Counted from the stretch's first letter, positions 15,924 through 24,944 are shown. The stretch: DNA of 32,000 nucleotides from Candidatus Saccharimonadota bacterium (GCA_049511795.1 JBEKXS010000002.1:60001-92000), one strand, 5' to 3'. The notes: generated by a model from the sequence alone, not told the origin. Numbers and translations are program-made.

Positions 15924-16223
15924 ATGGTATATCTTAATGTAATAAAGTCATACAGAGACGTTGTCGCTGTATGTGATTCTTCTATTCTAGGGAAAAAATT
16001 TGAGCAAGGAAAGTTCCAGCTTGACGTAAAGGAATCTTTTTACAAAGGCAAGGAAGTTTCTGCTGAGCATGCAGAAAGAATTATGAAAGACCTTGCAAAA
16101 GAGGATGCGACATTCAACATTGCAGGCCAGGAATCAGTTGACGCAGCAATCAAGGCAGGAATAATCACAAAGGAAAATGTTGGAAAGATTCAGGGAATCC
16201 CTTATGCGTTAGTTCTTCTGTAA
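15924..16223 (+). CDS. DUF424-family protein (conserved archaeal, function unknown)
   Basis: 99 aa. VVAVCDSSILGKKFEQGKFQLDVKESFYKGKEVS...FNIAGQESVDAAIKAGII...IQGIPYA matches my memory of the DUF424/COG2412 pattern. Confidence 0.7.
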   Translation: MVYLNVIKSYRDVVAVCDSSILGKKFEQGKFQLDVKESFYKGKEVSAEHAERIMKDLAKEDATFNIAGQESVDAAIKAGIITKENVGKIQGIPYALVLL

Positions 16224-16246
16224 ATATAAAAGAAGTTTACATTAAT

Positions 16247-16254
16247 TTTATAAA
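16247..16254 (+). promoter_or_regulatory. TATA box TTTATAAA 21 nt upstream of the aIF1A start
   Basis: Same octamer and same spacing as at 15173 and 18350. Confidence 0.45.
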
Positions 16255-16275
16255 CGAATTCCGTTTAGGATTGAC

Positions 16276-16602
16276 ATGAAAAGTAACAATAATCAAGCAA
16301 ATCCGGAAGAAGTTGTAACAAGAGTTCGTCTTCCCCATGGAAAAGAAGAAGTAATTGGAGTTATAGAACAAAGACTGGGGGGAAACAAGATGCTTGTCAA
16401 CTGCCTTGATGGAAAAACAAGAAACTGCAGAGTTCCAGGCAGATTGAAAAGAGAACTTTGGCTTCGCCCTGGTGATGTCGTGATAATCGAGCTTTGGGAG
16501 CTTGACAAAGAAAAAGGTGATGTAATATTCAAATATCGTCCTAATCAGGTAGAATGGTTAAAAAATAACGGCTATCTAAAAAAAGATACGCTTGAATTCT
16601 AA
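16276..16602 (+). CDS. eif1a: translation initiation factor aIF1A
   Basis: 108 aa. S1-like OB core VRLPHGKEEVIGVIEQRLGGNKMLVNCLDGKTRNCRVPGRLKRELWLRPGDVVIIE. Confidence 0.9.
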   Translation: MKSNNNQANPEEVVTRVRLPHGKEEVIGVIEQRLGGNKMLVNCLDGKTRNCRVPGRLKRELWLRPGDVVIIELWELDKEKGDVIFKYRPNQVEWLKNNGYLKKDTLEF

Positions 16603-17129
16603 TGGAAAATTTATTTTGTGACAAAGTGCAAAGAATTTCGAAAAACAGAAAAAAGCTTGAAAAAAGCCTTAACCTTAAAATAGATATCAAAGGGAATGAA
16701 GTTATTTTTGATGGCGAAGCAGAAGATGAATATATTGGAGAAAAAGTAATTGAATCTTTGGATTTTGGCTTTCCTTTTTCAGTTGCTCTTCTTGTAAAGT
16801 CAGAGGATTTGATGCTTGAAATATTAAAAATAAAGGATTACTCAAAAAGAAGAGACCTTGAGGTTGTCAGGGCAAGAATTATTGGAAAAGGTGGGAAAAC
16901 ATTGCGTGCTCTTCATGAACTTACAAAATGCTATTTTGAAATCAAAGGGAATGATGTCGGAATAATAGGAGAGCCAGAATACATAAAAAATGCAACAGAA
17001 GCGCTTATTTTTCTTATTCAAGGTTCAAAGCATTCAAATGTTTACACTTTTCTTGAAAGGCACCAGGTAAAACCTATTCTTGACCTCGGCTTGAAACCAT
17101 TAAAAAAACTAAAAAGAAAAAAGAAATAA
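16602..17129 (+). CDS. KH-domain RNA-binding protein (archaeal Dim2/Pno1-like, COG1094 type)
   Basis: 175 aa. GKGG motif in ARIIGKGGKTLRALHELT. The start overlaps the aIF1A stop (TAATG), giving a conserved aIF1A-KH neighbourhood. Confidence 0.75.
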   Translation: MENLFCDKVQRISKNRKKLEKSLNLKIDIKGNEVIFDGEAEDEYIGEKVIESLDFGFPFSVALLVKSEDLMLEILKIKDYSKRRDLEVVRARIIGKGGKTLRALHELTKCYFEIKGNDVGIIGEPEYIKNATEALIFLIQGSKHSNVYTFLERHQVKPILDLGLKPLKKLKRKKK

Positions 17130-17162
17130 GCTTTAAATACAGTTATCTTTTCTTAAATTCAT

Positions 17163-17237
17163 GCCCCGGTAGCTCAGCCCGGTTAGAGCACATGGCTGTT
17201 AACCATGGGGTCGCAGGTTCAAATCCTGCCTGGGGCG
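17163..17237 (+). tRNA. tRNA-Asn (anticodon GUU)
   Basis: Acceptor GCCCCGG/CTGGGGC, D-arm GCTC-AGCCCGGTTA-GAGC, anticodon stem CATGG/CCATG, loop CTGTTAA, variable GGGTC, T-arm GCAGG-TTCAAAT-CCTGC, discriminator G. TTTAAATA box lies 23 nt upstream. Confidence 0.9.
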
Positions 17238-17271
17238 CTTACTTTTTAAAATAGATTTCTCAAATATAATT

Positions 17272-18348
17272 ATGAAAAAACAAAAAGTATTAATGGCAAT
17301 GTCAGGCGGAGTTGATTCCAGCGTTGCAGCTCTTATTCTAAAAAAACAGGGCTACGAAGTAATTGGAGCTTTCATGAAAAATTGGAGCGACACAAAAAAT
17401 ATTCTTGGTGAATGTTCCTGGAAAGATGACAGAAAAGAAGCAATGAAAATCGCAACAAAACTAAATATTCCTCTAATAACACTTGATTTTGAAAAAGAAT
17501 ACAGGAAATCTGTGATTTCACCAATGTTTAATATGTATCAAAAAGGGATTACTCCTAATCCAGATATAGATTGCAATCAGAAAGTAAAGTTTCCTCTTCT
17601 TTGGCAAGCTGCAAAAAAGATGGGTTCAGATTTAGTTGCAACAGGACATTATGCAAGAATAAAAAATAATGAAATGTTAAGGGCAAAAGATGAATCAAAA
17701 GACCAGTCATACTTCCTCTATAGGCTTTCTCCAGAAGATTTATCACATACTTTATTTCCTATTGGCAATTACACTAAAAAACAAGTAAGAGAAATAGCAA
17801 AAAAGAATAAATTTTCAAATTTTAACAGAAAATCCACAGTTGGTATTTGTTTTGTTGGCAAAATAAATCTAAAAAAGTTCCTTCAACAAAAAATCAAGCC
17901 AAAAAAAGGAAAAATTCTTAATCCAGAAGGAAAAATAATCGGAGAGCATGATGGAATTTATTATTACACAATTGGCCAGAGAATTGGTCCAAGATTTGGA
18001 ATAGAAATAGATAAGGGAAATGAGAAACAGGTTAAACGATGGTATGTTGCTAAGAAAATTCCTAAAACAAATACAATAATTGCAGCGCCTGAAGGTAATA
18101 AGTTAAATTTCAGGAAAGAATTTTCAATGAAAAATATTCATTGGATAAATAAAAAGCCAAAAAACAATGCAAAAGTTTTAACAAGAATACGTCAAGTAGG
18201 TGAGTTATTGCATTCAATTTTAAAATATTCTCATGGAAAATACAAAATCATTCTTAACAAGCCAATAACAGGTGTTTCAAGCGGGCAGGCAGCTGTTCTT
18301 TATCAAGGAACAAAGGTTCTTGGCGGTGGTGTGATAAACTTTAATTAA
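17272..18348 (+). CDS. mnmA: tRNA-specific 2-thiouridylase MnmA (bacterial/mitochondrial type)
   Basis: 358 aa. PP-loop AMSGGVDSSV at the N-terminus, conserved Cys contexts (DIDCNQKVKF, VGICFVG), and MnmA length and order of motifs. Confidence 0.85.
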   Translation: MKKQKVLMAMSGGVDSSVAALILKKQGYEVIGAFMKNWSDTKNILGECSWKDDRKEAMKIATKLNIPLITLDFEKEYRKSVISPMFNMYQKGITPNPDIDCNQKVKFPLLWQAAKKMGSDLVATGHYARIKNNEMLRAKDESKDQSYFLYRLSPEDLSHTLFPIGNYTKKQVREIAKKNKFSNFNRKSTVGICFVGKINLKKFLQQKIKPKKGKILNPEGKIIGEHDGIYYYTIGQRIGPRFGIEIDKGNEKQVKRWYVAKKIPKTNTIIAAPEGNKLNFRKEFSMKNIHWINKKPKNNAKVLTRIRQVGELLHSILKYSHGKYKIILNKPITGVSSGQAAVLYQGTKVLGGGVINFN

Positions 18349-18349
18349 T

Positions 18350-18357
18350 TTTATAAA
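18350..18357 (+). promoter_or_regulatory. TATA box TTTATAAA 21 nt upstream of the nitroreductase start
   Basis: The octamer starts 2 nt after the mnmA stop codon and has the same spacing as the other boxes. Confidence 0.45.
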
Positions 18358-18378
18358 CTTCTTACTACTCTTATTAAA

Positions 18379-18927
18379 ATGGACATTGAAAAGGCATTGA
18401 AGGAAAGACACAGCGTTCATAAGTTCAAATCAAAAAAGCCAGACTGGAGGAATATCATTGAAAGCATTGATGCTGCAAGATACGCACCAATGGCTGGCGG
18501 CAATTACACTGTAAAATTCATTCTTGTTGATAATTCAGAGATAATAAAAAAAATTGCGCTTGAGTGCCAACAGGATTTCGTGGGAACTGTACATTATATT
18601 GTTGTTGTATGCTCAAAACCCGGAAGAACAATAAATTCTTACGGAAAACAAGGAGAAGTTTATGCAAGGCAGCAGGCGGGAGCTGCAATTGAAAATTTCC
18701 TTCTTTCAATAGAAAATCACGGCTTGGCAACTTGCTGGGTTGGTTATTTTGTTGAAAGAAACATAAAAGATATTCTTGAAATCCCTGAAGATGTTAACAT
18801 TGAGGCTGTTTTTCCAATAGGATTTGAGCTTGAAAAAAAGCACACAAGAAAATCAAAGATAGATTTGGATAGTATTCTATATTTCAATTCTTACAAGCAG
18901 AAAAGAATGTCAATCCAGAAAAATTAG
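18379..18927 (+). CDS. nitroreductase-family flavoprotein
   Basis: 182 aa. RHSVHKFKSK...IIESIDAARYAPMAGGNYTVKFILV...LATCWVG is the typical nitroreductase fold pattern. Confidence 0.8.
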   Translation: MDIEKALKERHSVHKFKSKKPDWRNIIESIDAARYAPMAGGNYTVKFILVDNSEIIKKIALECQQDFVGTVHYIVVVCSKPGRTINSYGKQGEVYARQQAGAAIENFLLSIENHGLATCWVGYFVERNIKDILEIPEDVNIEAVFPIGFELEKKHTRKSKIDLDSILYFNSYKQKRMSIQKN

Positions 18928-18964
18928 AAAATTATTCTTTAAAAAAATAATAAAAAAAGAAAAA

Positions 18965-18986
18965 GAGTGCGAAAAAAATCGCACTC
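18965..18986. terminator. perfect 8-bp hairpin between the convergent nitroreductase and ftsZ genes
   Basis: GAGTGCGA-aaaaaa-TCGCACTC, flanked by A/T runs on both sides. It may act as a bidirectional terminator. Confidence 0.45.
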
Positions 18987-19016
18987 AATTTTAAAAATTA
19001 AAATTTAAATGGAGTT

Positions 19017-20093
19017 TTATCTCCAAACCTCAATTCCCAGGTCAGACATTTCACGTGAAGGTGCCACGTTTTCTTCTATTGGCTTACCCAAAACGTATGG
19101 ACTCTTGACTCCTGTCATAATTGTAATGACACGGACTTTACCGCTGAATTCCTTACTGATTCTTGCCCCAATAATAACATTAGCTTCAGGACTAAGATTT
19201 TCAGAAACAGTTCTTCCGATAACGTCGAATTCTTCAAGTTTCAAGTCAGGTCCACAGGTAATGTGTATCAATGCACCAGTAGCGCCCTTATAATCCACGT
19301 CAAGTAGAGGATGTGTAAGTGCTTGCCTGACAGATTGACTAACACGCTCTGAGGAATCGTCTTCTCCAATACCTATAACTGCTACACCGCCGCCCTTCAT
19401 AATTGCAGAAACATCTGCATAATCAAGGTTGATTAAACTTGGCAGTGTAATTGTCTCAACAATACCCTTAATCATTGTGGATACAAGCTCGTTAGCAACT
19501 GCGAAAGCATGCTCTATTGGAAGCTGCCCTGCAATATCAACAAGTCTGTTGTTGTCAAGAACAATACAGGTATCTGTGACTTCTCTAAGTTCCTGAAGGC
19601 CCCATTCTGCTTTCTCAACTCTAGCTTTTTCAGCTTCGAAAGGCATTGTAACAACACCAATAACAACAGCTCCTGTTTCTTTAGAAAGCTGTGCAATAAC
19701 TGGTGCAGCTCCTGTTCCTGTTCCTCCGCCCATTCCAGCTAGAACAAAGCACATATCTGCTCCAGCAGCTGCCTTTTTCAAGTCAACAACAGCTTCTTTT
19801 GCAGCTTCTCTTCCAACTTTAGGTTTTCCGCCAGCTCCAAGTCCTCTTGTTAATTCCTTACCAAGAAGAAGCTTTTCATCAGCTTTTGAAACGCTCAAGT
19901 GAAGAGCATCTGTGTTTGCAGCGTAAACGGTTGCGCCTTCAATTCCCTTATTGTAAAGCCATGTAACTGCATTGCAGCCCATTCCACCAACACCGAAAAC
20001 CTTAATGTTAGCTTTTCCAGCTTTAAGGTCTGTAAAGTCAATGCTGTGGGTGTCTGCGTTTTGAATTGCCTCTTTTGCAAAATCTAATACCAT
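19017..20093 (-). CDS. ftsZ: cell division GTPase FtsZ
   Basis: 358 aa. FGVGGMGCNAV, GLGAGGKPKVG, and the tubulin signature AGMGGGTGTGAAPV. Confidence 0.95.
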   Translation of the reverse strand: MVLDFAKEAIQNADTHSIDFTDLKAGKANIKVFGVGGMGCNAVTWLYNKGIEGATVYAANTDALHLSVSKADEKLLLGKELTRGLGAGGKPKVGREAAKEAVVDLKKAAAGADMCFVLAGMGGGTGTGAAPVIAQLSKETGAVVIGVVTMPFEAEKARVEKAEWGLQELREVTDTCIVLDNNRLVDIAGQLPIEHAFAVANELVSTMIKGIVETITLPSLINLDYADVSAIMKGGGVAVIGIGEDDSSERVSQSVRQALTHPLLDVDYKGATGALIHITCGPDLKLEEFDVIGRTVSENLSPEANVIIGARISKEFSGKVRVITIMTGVKSPYVLGKPIEENVAPSREMSDLGIEVWR

Positions 20094-20173
20094 CTTTTTT
20101 TGTTTTTTAACCTCCTTTCATCTGTATTTTTTTCCGTTGGATCTCAACCAGCGAAAAACTTTTTTTCGAAAAG

Positions 20174-20181
20174 TTTATATA
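20174..20181. promoter_or_regulatory. canonical TATA box TTTATATA (TATATAAA on the minus strand), candidate ftsZ promoter
   Basis: It lies about 80 nt upstream of the ftsZ ATG. That predicts a 5' UTR of about 55-60 nt, unlike the leaderless pattern at most genes here. Confidence 0.35.
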
Positions 20182-20214
20182 GCTGACCTACTTCCAACTA
20201 TCACCAAAGAAAAA

Positions 20215-20277
20215 GTTCACCCAATTTAATTTACTCAATCCCCCGAAAGAGTAAGTTAAATTTATAAGAAAGTGAAC
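20215..20277. repeat. 63-nt imperfect inverted repeat (long hairpin) in the MBL-ftsZ spacer
   Basis: Outer stem GTTCAC/GTGAAC. Inner 14-bp stem AATTTAATTTACTC/GAGTAAGTTAAATT, with one T-G pair on the plus strand that becomes A-C on the minus strand. 12-nt loop AATCCCCCGAAA. On the minus strand it is followed by TTTTTCTTTG. Confidence 0.5.
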
Positions 20278-20355
20278 ACCTGCTTCTTTAAAAATATTTT
20301 GTTTGTCCAAAATACTGTTTTGAATGAAAATTTTTCAGAAAAATTATAAAAAAAT

Positions 20356-21021
20356 TTATTCTTTTTCCAATATCTCTGCATGAATTCCTTTCTCTTCGCA
20401 CAATTCCTTGAATTCTTTTGCATCTTCTTCTGTACCAATCAGTCCGCCCCAATGCATTGGAATAGCCAAAGTTGGTTTTATTATGTCAGCAGCATTAGCA
20501 GCTTCTTCAGCAGTCATAACATATCTTCCACTTACAGGAAGCAAAGCAATAAACTCTTTTCCCTGCTGTTTATATCCTGTTAGTTTTTGCATTTCAGGAA
20601 TTAAATCAGTATCGCCTGAATGATAAATTATTGCGTCATTCATTTTTATCACATAACCAACCCATGATTCATCTTTGGGATGAAATGTCTTGTCAATATT
20701 GTATGCAGGAACAGCAGATATTTTTATGTCATTAAGATCAATCTCCTGACCAGGCTCAATTATTTCTATTTTGAGAGGAATGCTTGATTTTGCAATAGTG
20801 CTTTGGCAGTCTGCAGGAGCAATTATTCTTGTTCCTTCCTGTGTTATTTTGTTCAAATCAGCGAAGCTGCAATGGTCATAATGACTGTGTGTTATGAGAA
20901 TTATGTCTGCTTTTTCAAGTCCGTCTTTTATGTTGAATGGGTCAATGTAAACTATTTTTGAATTTTTCAATAAGAAAGAAGAATGTCCAAGCCATTTTAG
21001 CTCAATGCCATTTATCTTCAT
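20356..21021 (-). CDS. metallo-beta-lactamase-fold hydrolase
   Basis: 221 aa. HxHxDH motif in ILITHSHYDHCS, with further His/Asp ligand contexts (HSGDT, IPMHWG). Confidence 0.8.
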   Translation of the reverse strand: MKINGIELKWLGHSSFLLKNSKIVYIDPFNIKDGLEKADIILITHSHYDHCSFADLNKITQEGTRIIAPADCQSTIAKSSIPLKIEIIEPGQEIDLNDIKISAVPAYNIDKTFHPKDESWVGYVIKMNDAIIYHSGDTDLIPEMQKLTGYKQQGKEFIALLPVSGRYVMTAEEAANAADIIKPTLAIPMHWGGLIGTEEDAKEFKELCEEKGIHAEILEKE

Positions 21022-21419
21022 TTTATATCTCTTTTGTCTATAAGGAATTTAATGTTCGGTGCAACATTATATTTTTCTTGTTTTATTTCTTTAATATCCA
21101 ACCATTTAATTTCTTTTATTGGTGCAATTGGCTTCATGTCTTTTTTATTCAAAAGTTTTGCCTCATAATGAATTAAAACAATAACCATTTCTTCAGATGT
21201 ATTTGGGTTCTTGTATAAAATATTTGGATGCAATGGTTTTATTATTTCTATGTCAGCATTAGTTTCTTCTTTAGCTTCTCTTATGCAGGCTTCTTCAAGA
21301 CTTTCTCCTTCTTCAACTGTTCCTCCAGGAATTTTATAAAAGTCATCCTTACTATCCTTAATTACAAGTAGTTTGCCATTTTCTATAATGACTGGTCCTG
21401 ATGCAACAATAAATCTCAT
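21018..21419 (-). CDS. NUDIX hydrolase
   Basis: 133 aa. Nudix box GGTVEEGESLEEACIREAKEETN. Its stop overlaps the start of the MBL gene (ATGA). Confidence 0.85.
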   Translation of the reverse strand: MRFIVASGPVIIENGKLLVIKDSKDDFYKIPGGTVEEGESLEEACIREAKEETNADIEIIKPLHPNILYKNPNTSEEMVIVLIHYEAKLLNKKDMKPIAPIKEIKWLDIKEIKQEKYNVAPNIKFLIDKRDIK

Positions 21420-21465
21420 TAAAAAAGAAAAAGTTCAGGGTTTTTAATAATTGTGGATTTTAGTT

Positions 21466-22353
21466 TTACCTGATAAACTTAATTTTCTTTATTTTGCCCC
21501 TGTCAAGCTCAATTATTGTGCCTTTTCCTTCGTTAGCTTCGCCAGGGTTTATCACAATGGTTTTTCCAATCTTATCTCTTCCCCAAGATTCATGAACATG
21601 ACCTCCAATAGATAGTATGGGTTGATATTTTTCAATAATCCTGCGGGCCATTTTTGAACCGTAATGCCGAATATTTTTCTTCTTCTTATTTTTTCTTCCA
21701 TAGTGTCCTTTCATTGCAGTTTTAACTGCTTTTAAAGATAATTTGTCTAGTTTTGTGTTATATGCAACATTATGCGAAACAAAAATAACCTTTCTCTTCC
21801 TATTTTGTTTTCTGAATTTATTAAAAAGTTTTTCTAAAATTTTTTTATATTTTCTAAATGCTTTACTTTTAACATATCCTGGCATACTATGCCCACGCAT
21901 TCCAATAAAAATGTAATCGCCAAATTCTAATGCCTTATAATCAAACCTATGAATATTCTTGTATTTAGAAAGTCTCTTTGCTAATTTGTTTTTTTTGTTA
22001 TAATTAGGCATACTTTTTTCATATCTTTCTGTTTTGTCAATAATATCATCTCCACTTGGCCAGTCAATATTTCCCAAAACTGTGAAGACAGGTACTTTTA
22101 CCTTGTTCAACTTTCTTAAAGCATTTTCAGCTCTTCTTAAGTCTTCAAGAATAAGTTTCTTATATCTTTTCTTGCCTATAAATTCCCAAAGTTCAACATC
22201 TTTTCCATAACAATATTTGAACCAGAGTTTTCTGTAAAAAAATGGGGGATAATCACCTATAGAAACAACAATGTCAATATTTTCATTGTCAATTATTTTG
22301 TAAAACTTGTTAGGAAACTTCCCATGGAAATCTCCAATAGCTAGAATTTTCAT
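21466..22353 (-). CDS. calcineurin-like metallophosphoesterase
   Basis: 295 aa. Motifs ILAIGDFHG, IGDYPP, LGNIDWP, SHNVAY and GGHVHE, with a Lys-rich insertion. Confidence 0.75.
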   Translation of the reverse strand: MKILAIGDFHGKFPNKFYKIIDNENIDIVVSIGDYPPFFYRKLWFKYCYGKDVELWEFIGKKRYKKLILEDLRRAENALRKLNKVKVPVFTVLGNIDWPSGDDIIDKTERYEKSMPNYNKKNKLAKRLSKYKNIHRFDYKALEFGDYIFIGMRGHSMPGYVKSKAFRKYKKILEKLFNKFRKQNRKRKVIFVSHNVAYNTKLDKLSLKAVKTAMKGHYGRKNKKKKNIRHYGSKMARRIIEKYQPILSIGGHVHESWGRDKIGKTIVINPGEANEGKGTIIELDRGKIKKIKFIR

Positions 22354-22360
22354 TTTAAAA

Positions 22361-23662
22361 TTAAGGACTGTATCTTGTCATTGTCCTTGGGAAAGCGATT
22401 GCATCCTTTATTGTTTCCAAACCGCAAATCCAAGAAATAACTCGCTCAACACCCATACCGTAACCTCCATGGGGAACACTGCCATAACGACGCGTGTCAA
22501 AATAGAATTCGTATTTCTCTGGGTTCTCGCCTTGAGCCTTAAGATTTTCTTTTAATTTTTCAATTCTTTCCTCTCTTTGGCTTCCTCCAACAAGTTCCCC
22601 ATATCCTTCAGGCGCAATAAGATCAAATCCAAGAACAGTTTCCTTCCCCTTCTTCGTTCCTTCTGCCTCTTTCATATAAAATGCCTTGACAACTTTTGGA
22701 TAGTTTGTAACAAAAACAGGAGTGTCATAAATTTCAGAAAGTTTGTCTTCTTCAATTGTTCTCAAGTCTTTTCCCCAAGGAATATTTATTTTCTTTTTTT
22801 CTTTCAAAAGTTTCAGTGCTTCATCATATGTTATTCTTGGGAATTTTTTCTTTACAGTTGCTTCTAATTTCTTTGGATCCCGACCAATAATCTCTAACTC
22901 TGTTTTTCTTTCTTTCAAAACTTTTTCAACAATGCTTTTTATCAGTTCTTCTGCATCATTTTGCAAATAATCAAAGTTTTCCCATGCAACTTCCATTTCA
23001 CCGTGCCAGTATTCTGTCAAATGCCTGCTTGTTTTGCTTTTTTCAGCCCTGAAGCTTGGCTGGATTGTAAATATTTTTTCCAAAGCAAAAATTCCTGCTT
23101 CTGCATGAAGCTGCCATGTCTGGCTTAAATAAAGAGGCTTTCCAAAATAATCAACCTTGAACAATGTTGAGCCACCTTCTGCTTGCATTCCAAGCAACGA
23201 AGGAGAATGATACTCATAAAATCCTTTTTTTCTCCAGTGCTCTCTCATTGTGCTTAAAACAGTATCTCTAATTTTCATTATAGAAGTCATTTTTCTGCTT
23301 CTCAGCCACAAATGTCTTCTATCTCCCAACAATTCTTCATTAAGGTCTTTATTTATTGGAAATTTGTCGCTCAAACCAATAATTTTTATTTTTTCTGCCT
23401 CGATTTCATATCCTGTTGGCGCTCTTTTGTCTTCTTTTATTGTTCCTTCAATTTCAACGCTTGCTTCTATCTGCAATTTGTCTATTTCATCCCATTGCTT
23501 CTTGAATTTGTCTTTTTTTAGTATGCATTGAATTGTTCCTGTAGAATCGCGAATAATAAGAAATTTGAATTCATTGCTTCCTCTTTCTCTTAAAATCCAT
23601 CCGCGAATAGAAACATTTCCTTTTTTCTTTTTTTCAGCTTCTGAAATTGAAATAAATTCCAT
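22361..23662 (-). CDS. asnS: asparaginyl-tRNA synthetase
   Basis: 433 aa, class IIb. FRAEKSKTSRHLTEYWHGEMEVAW, GGSQREER and RRYGSVPHGGYGMGVERV are AsnRS-type rather than AspRS-type. Confidence 0.8.
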   Translation of the reverse strand: MEFISISEAEKKKKGNVSIRGWILRERGSNEFKFLIIRDSTGTIQCILKKDKFKKQWDEIDKLQIEASVEIEGTIKEDKRAPTGYEIEAEKIKIIGLSDKFPINKDLNEELLGDRRHLWLRSRKMTSIMKIRDTVLSTMREHWRKKGFYEYHSPSLLGMQAEGGSTLFKVDYFGKPLYLSQTWQLHAEAGIFALEKIFTIQPSFRAEKSKTSRHLTEYWHGEMEVAWENFDYLQNDAEELIKSIVEKVLKERKTELEIIGRDPKKLEATVKKKFPRITYDEALKLLKEKKKINIPWGKDLRTIEEDKLSEIYDTPVFVTNYPKVVKAFYMKEAEGTKKGKETVLGFDLIAPEGYGELVGGSQREERIEKLKENLKAQGENPEKYEFYFDTRRYGSVPHGGYGMGVERVISWICGLETIKDAIAFPRTMTRYSP

Positions 23663-23663
23663 T

Positions 23664-24944
23664 TTAAGGTGTCAGTCTTCTCCTGTCTCTTGGGAACAAT
23701 GTTCCTTCCCTGATGTTTTCCAAATTTAGCATTGCTTGTGTTAATCTTTCCAAACCAATGCTCCAGCCTGCATGTTGTGGAGCTCCGTATCTGAAGGCAT
23801 CAATATACCATTTGAAATGCTCTGGATTCAATTTCTTTGCTTTCAATTGCTGAATCAAAGTTTCTGGAACATGAACTCTTTGTCCACCTGAAGAAATTTC
23901 CAAACCACCATAAAGAGCATCAAATCCTCCTGAAATTCCTTTATTTGGTTTCTTAGGCCAAATGTAAAATGGTTTTATGCTGCTTGGCCATTCATATGTG
24001 AAAATAATTGTGTCTGGAAATATTTCGCAGAGTTTTCTTTCAGCTTCTGGCTCAAAATCATCGCCTTTTTTCATTTTAAGTCCATGCTTGTTCAAAATTT
24101 CAACAGCTTCTTCATAAGTCATATATTTTGTCTTGGGAACTTTAAGGTTTATTCCAAGTGTTTTCAATTCTCCAGGGCATTCTGAAATAATTTTTTTGAC
24201 AATAAACTGCACAGCTTCCTCAAGGTATTTCATTATTTCCATATCATCTGAAAATGCAACTTCAATATCCATTTGCCTTATTTCATTTATGTGTTTAGAA
24301 GTATCATGCTTTTCTGCACGCCAGACAGTATTTGTTGAAAATACTTTTTCAAGGGAAATTGCCATCAATTGCTTGTAAAGCTGCGGACTTTGTGCTAAAT
24401 ATGCTTTTTTTCCAAAATAATCTACAGTAAACAAATCAGTACCACCTTCTGTTGATGTTGCAATTATTCCAGGGGGCTGTATTTCAATAAATCCTTTTTT
24501 ATAGAAAAAATCCCTGAAGCCGTTTATTATTCCTGACTGTATTTTGAAAATAGCTTTTATTCTTGGCTTTCTTAAATCAAGAGAACGGAAATCCAATCGT
24601 GTTGGCAATTCTGCCTTGACTGTTTTTTCATTGACTTGCATAGGCAACTCTTCTGCCTTGCTAAGAACTTCCATTTTTGAAACTTCAATTTCAACGTCAT
24701 TTCTTGCTAATTCTGCCTTGACATCTGCTTTCTTGACTTTTCCAGAAATTTCAACAACACTTTCAAGAGTCAAATCCTTTGCCTTACTTATCAAGCTTTT
24801 TTCTTTGACAATGCACTGGACAATACCAGAGCTATCACGGATAAGAAGAAAAACCATGTTTGACAAGCTTCTTACCTCATAAACCCAGCCTTTAAGCAAT
24901 GCTTCTTTTCCAGGTTTTAGTTCAGAAACATAATCTCTAGCCAT
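23664..24944 (-). CDS. aspS: aspartyl-tRNA synthetase (archaeal type)
   Basis: 426 aa. WRAEKHDTSKHINEIRQMDIEVAF, LEISSGGQRVH, and FRYGAPQHAGWSIGLERL...FPRDRRRLTP. Its stop is 1 nt from the asnS start. Confidence 0.85.
   Translation of the reverse strand: MARDYVSELKPGKEALLKGWVYEVRSLSNMVFLLIRDSSGIVQCIVKEKSLISKAKDLTLESVVEISGKVKKADVKAELARNDVEIEVSKMEVLSKAEELPMQVNEKTVKAELPTRLDFRSLDLRKPRIKAIFKIQSGIINGFRDFFYKKGFIEIQPPGIIATSTEGGTDLFTVDYFGKKAYLAQSPQLYKQLMAISLEKVFSTNTVWRAEKHDTSKHINEIRQMDIEVAFSDDMEIMKYLEEAVQFIVKKIISECPGELKTLGINLKVPKTKYMTYEEAVEILNKHGLKMKKGDDFEPEAERKLCEIFPDTIIFTYEWPSSIKPFYIWPKKPNKGISGGFDALYGGLEISSGGQRVHVPETLIQQLKAKKLNPEHFKWYIDAFRYGAPQHAGWSIGLERLTQAMLNLENIREGTLFPRDRRRLTP

Noticed and set aside
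20111-20115. GGAGG (minus strand) upstream of ftsZ as a Shine-Dalgarno site.
   Set aside because: It is 17 nt from the ATG, longer than a functional SD spacing, so I do not call it an RBS. It may still form part of leader structure.
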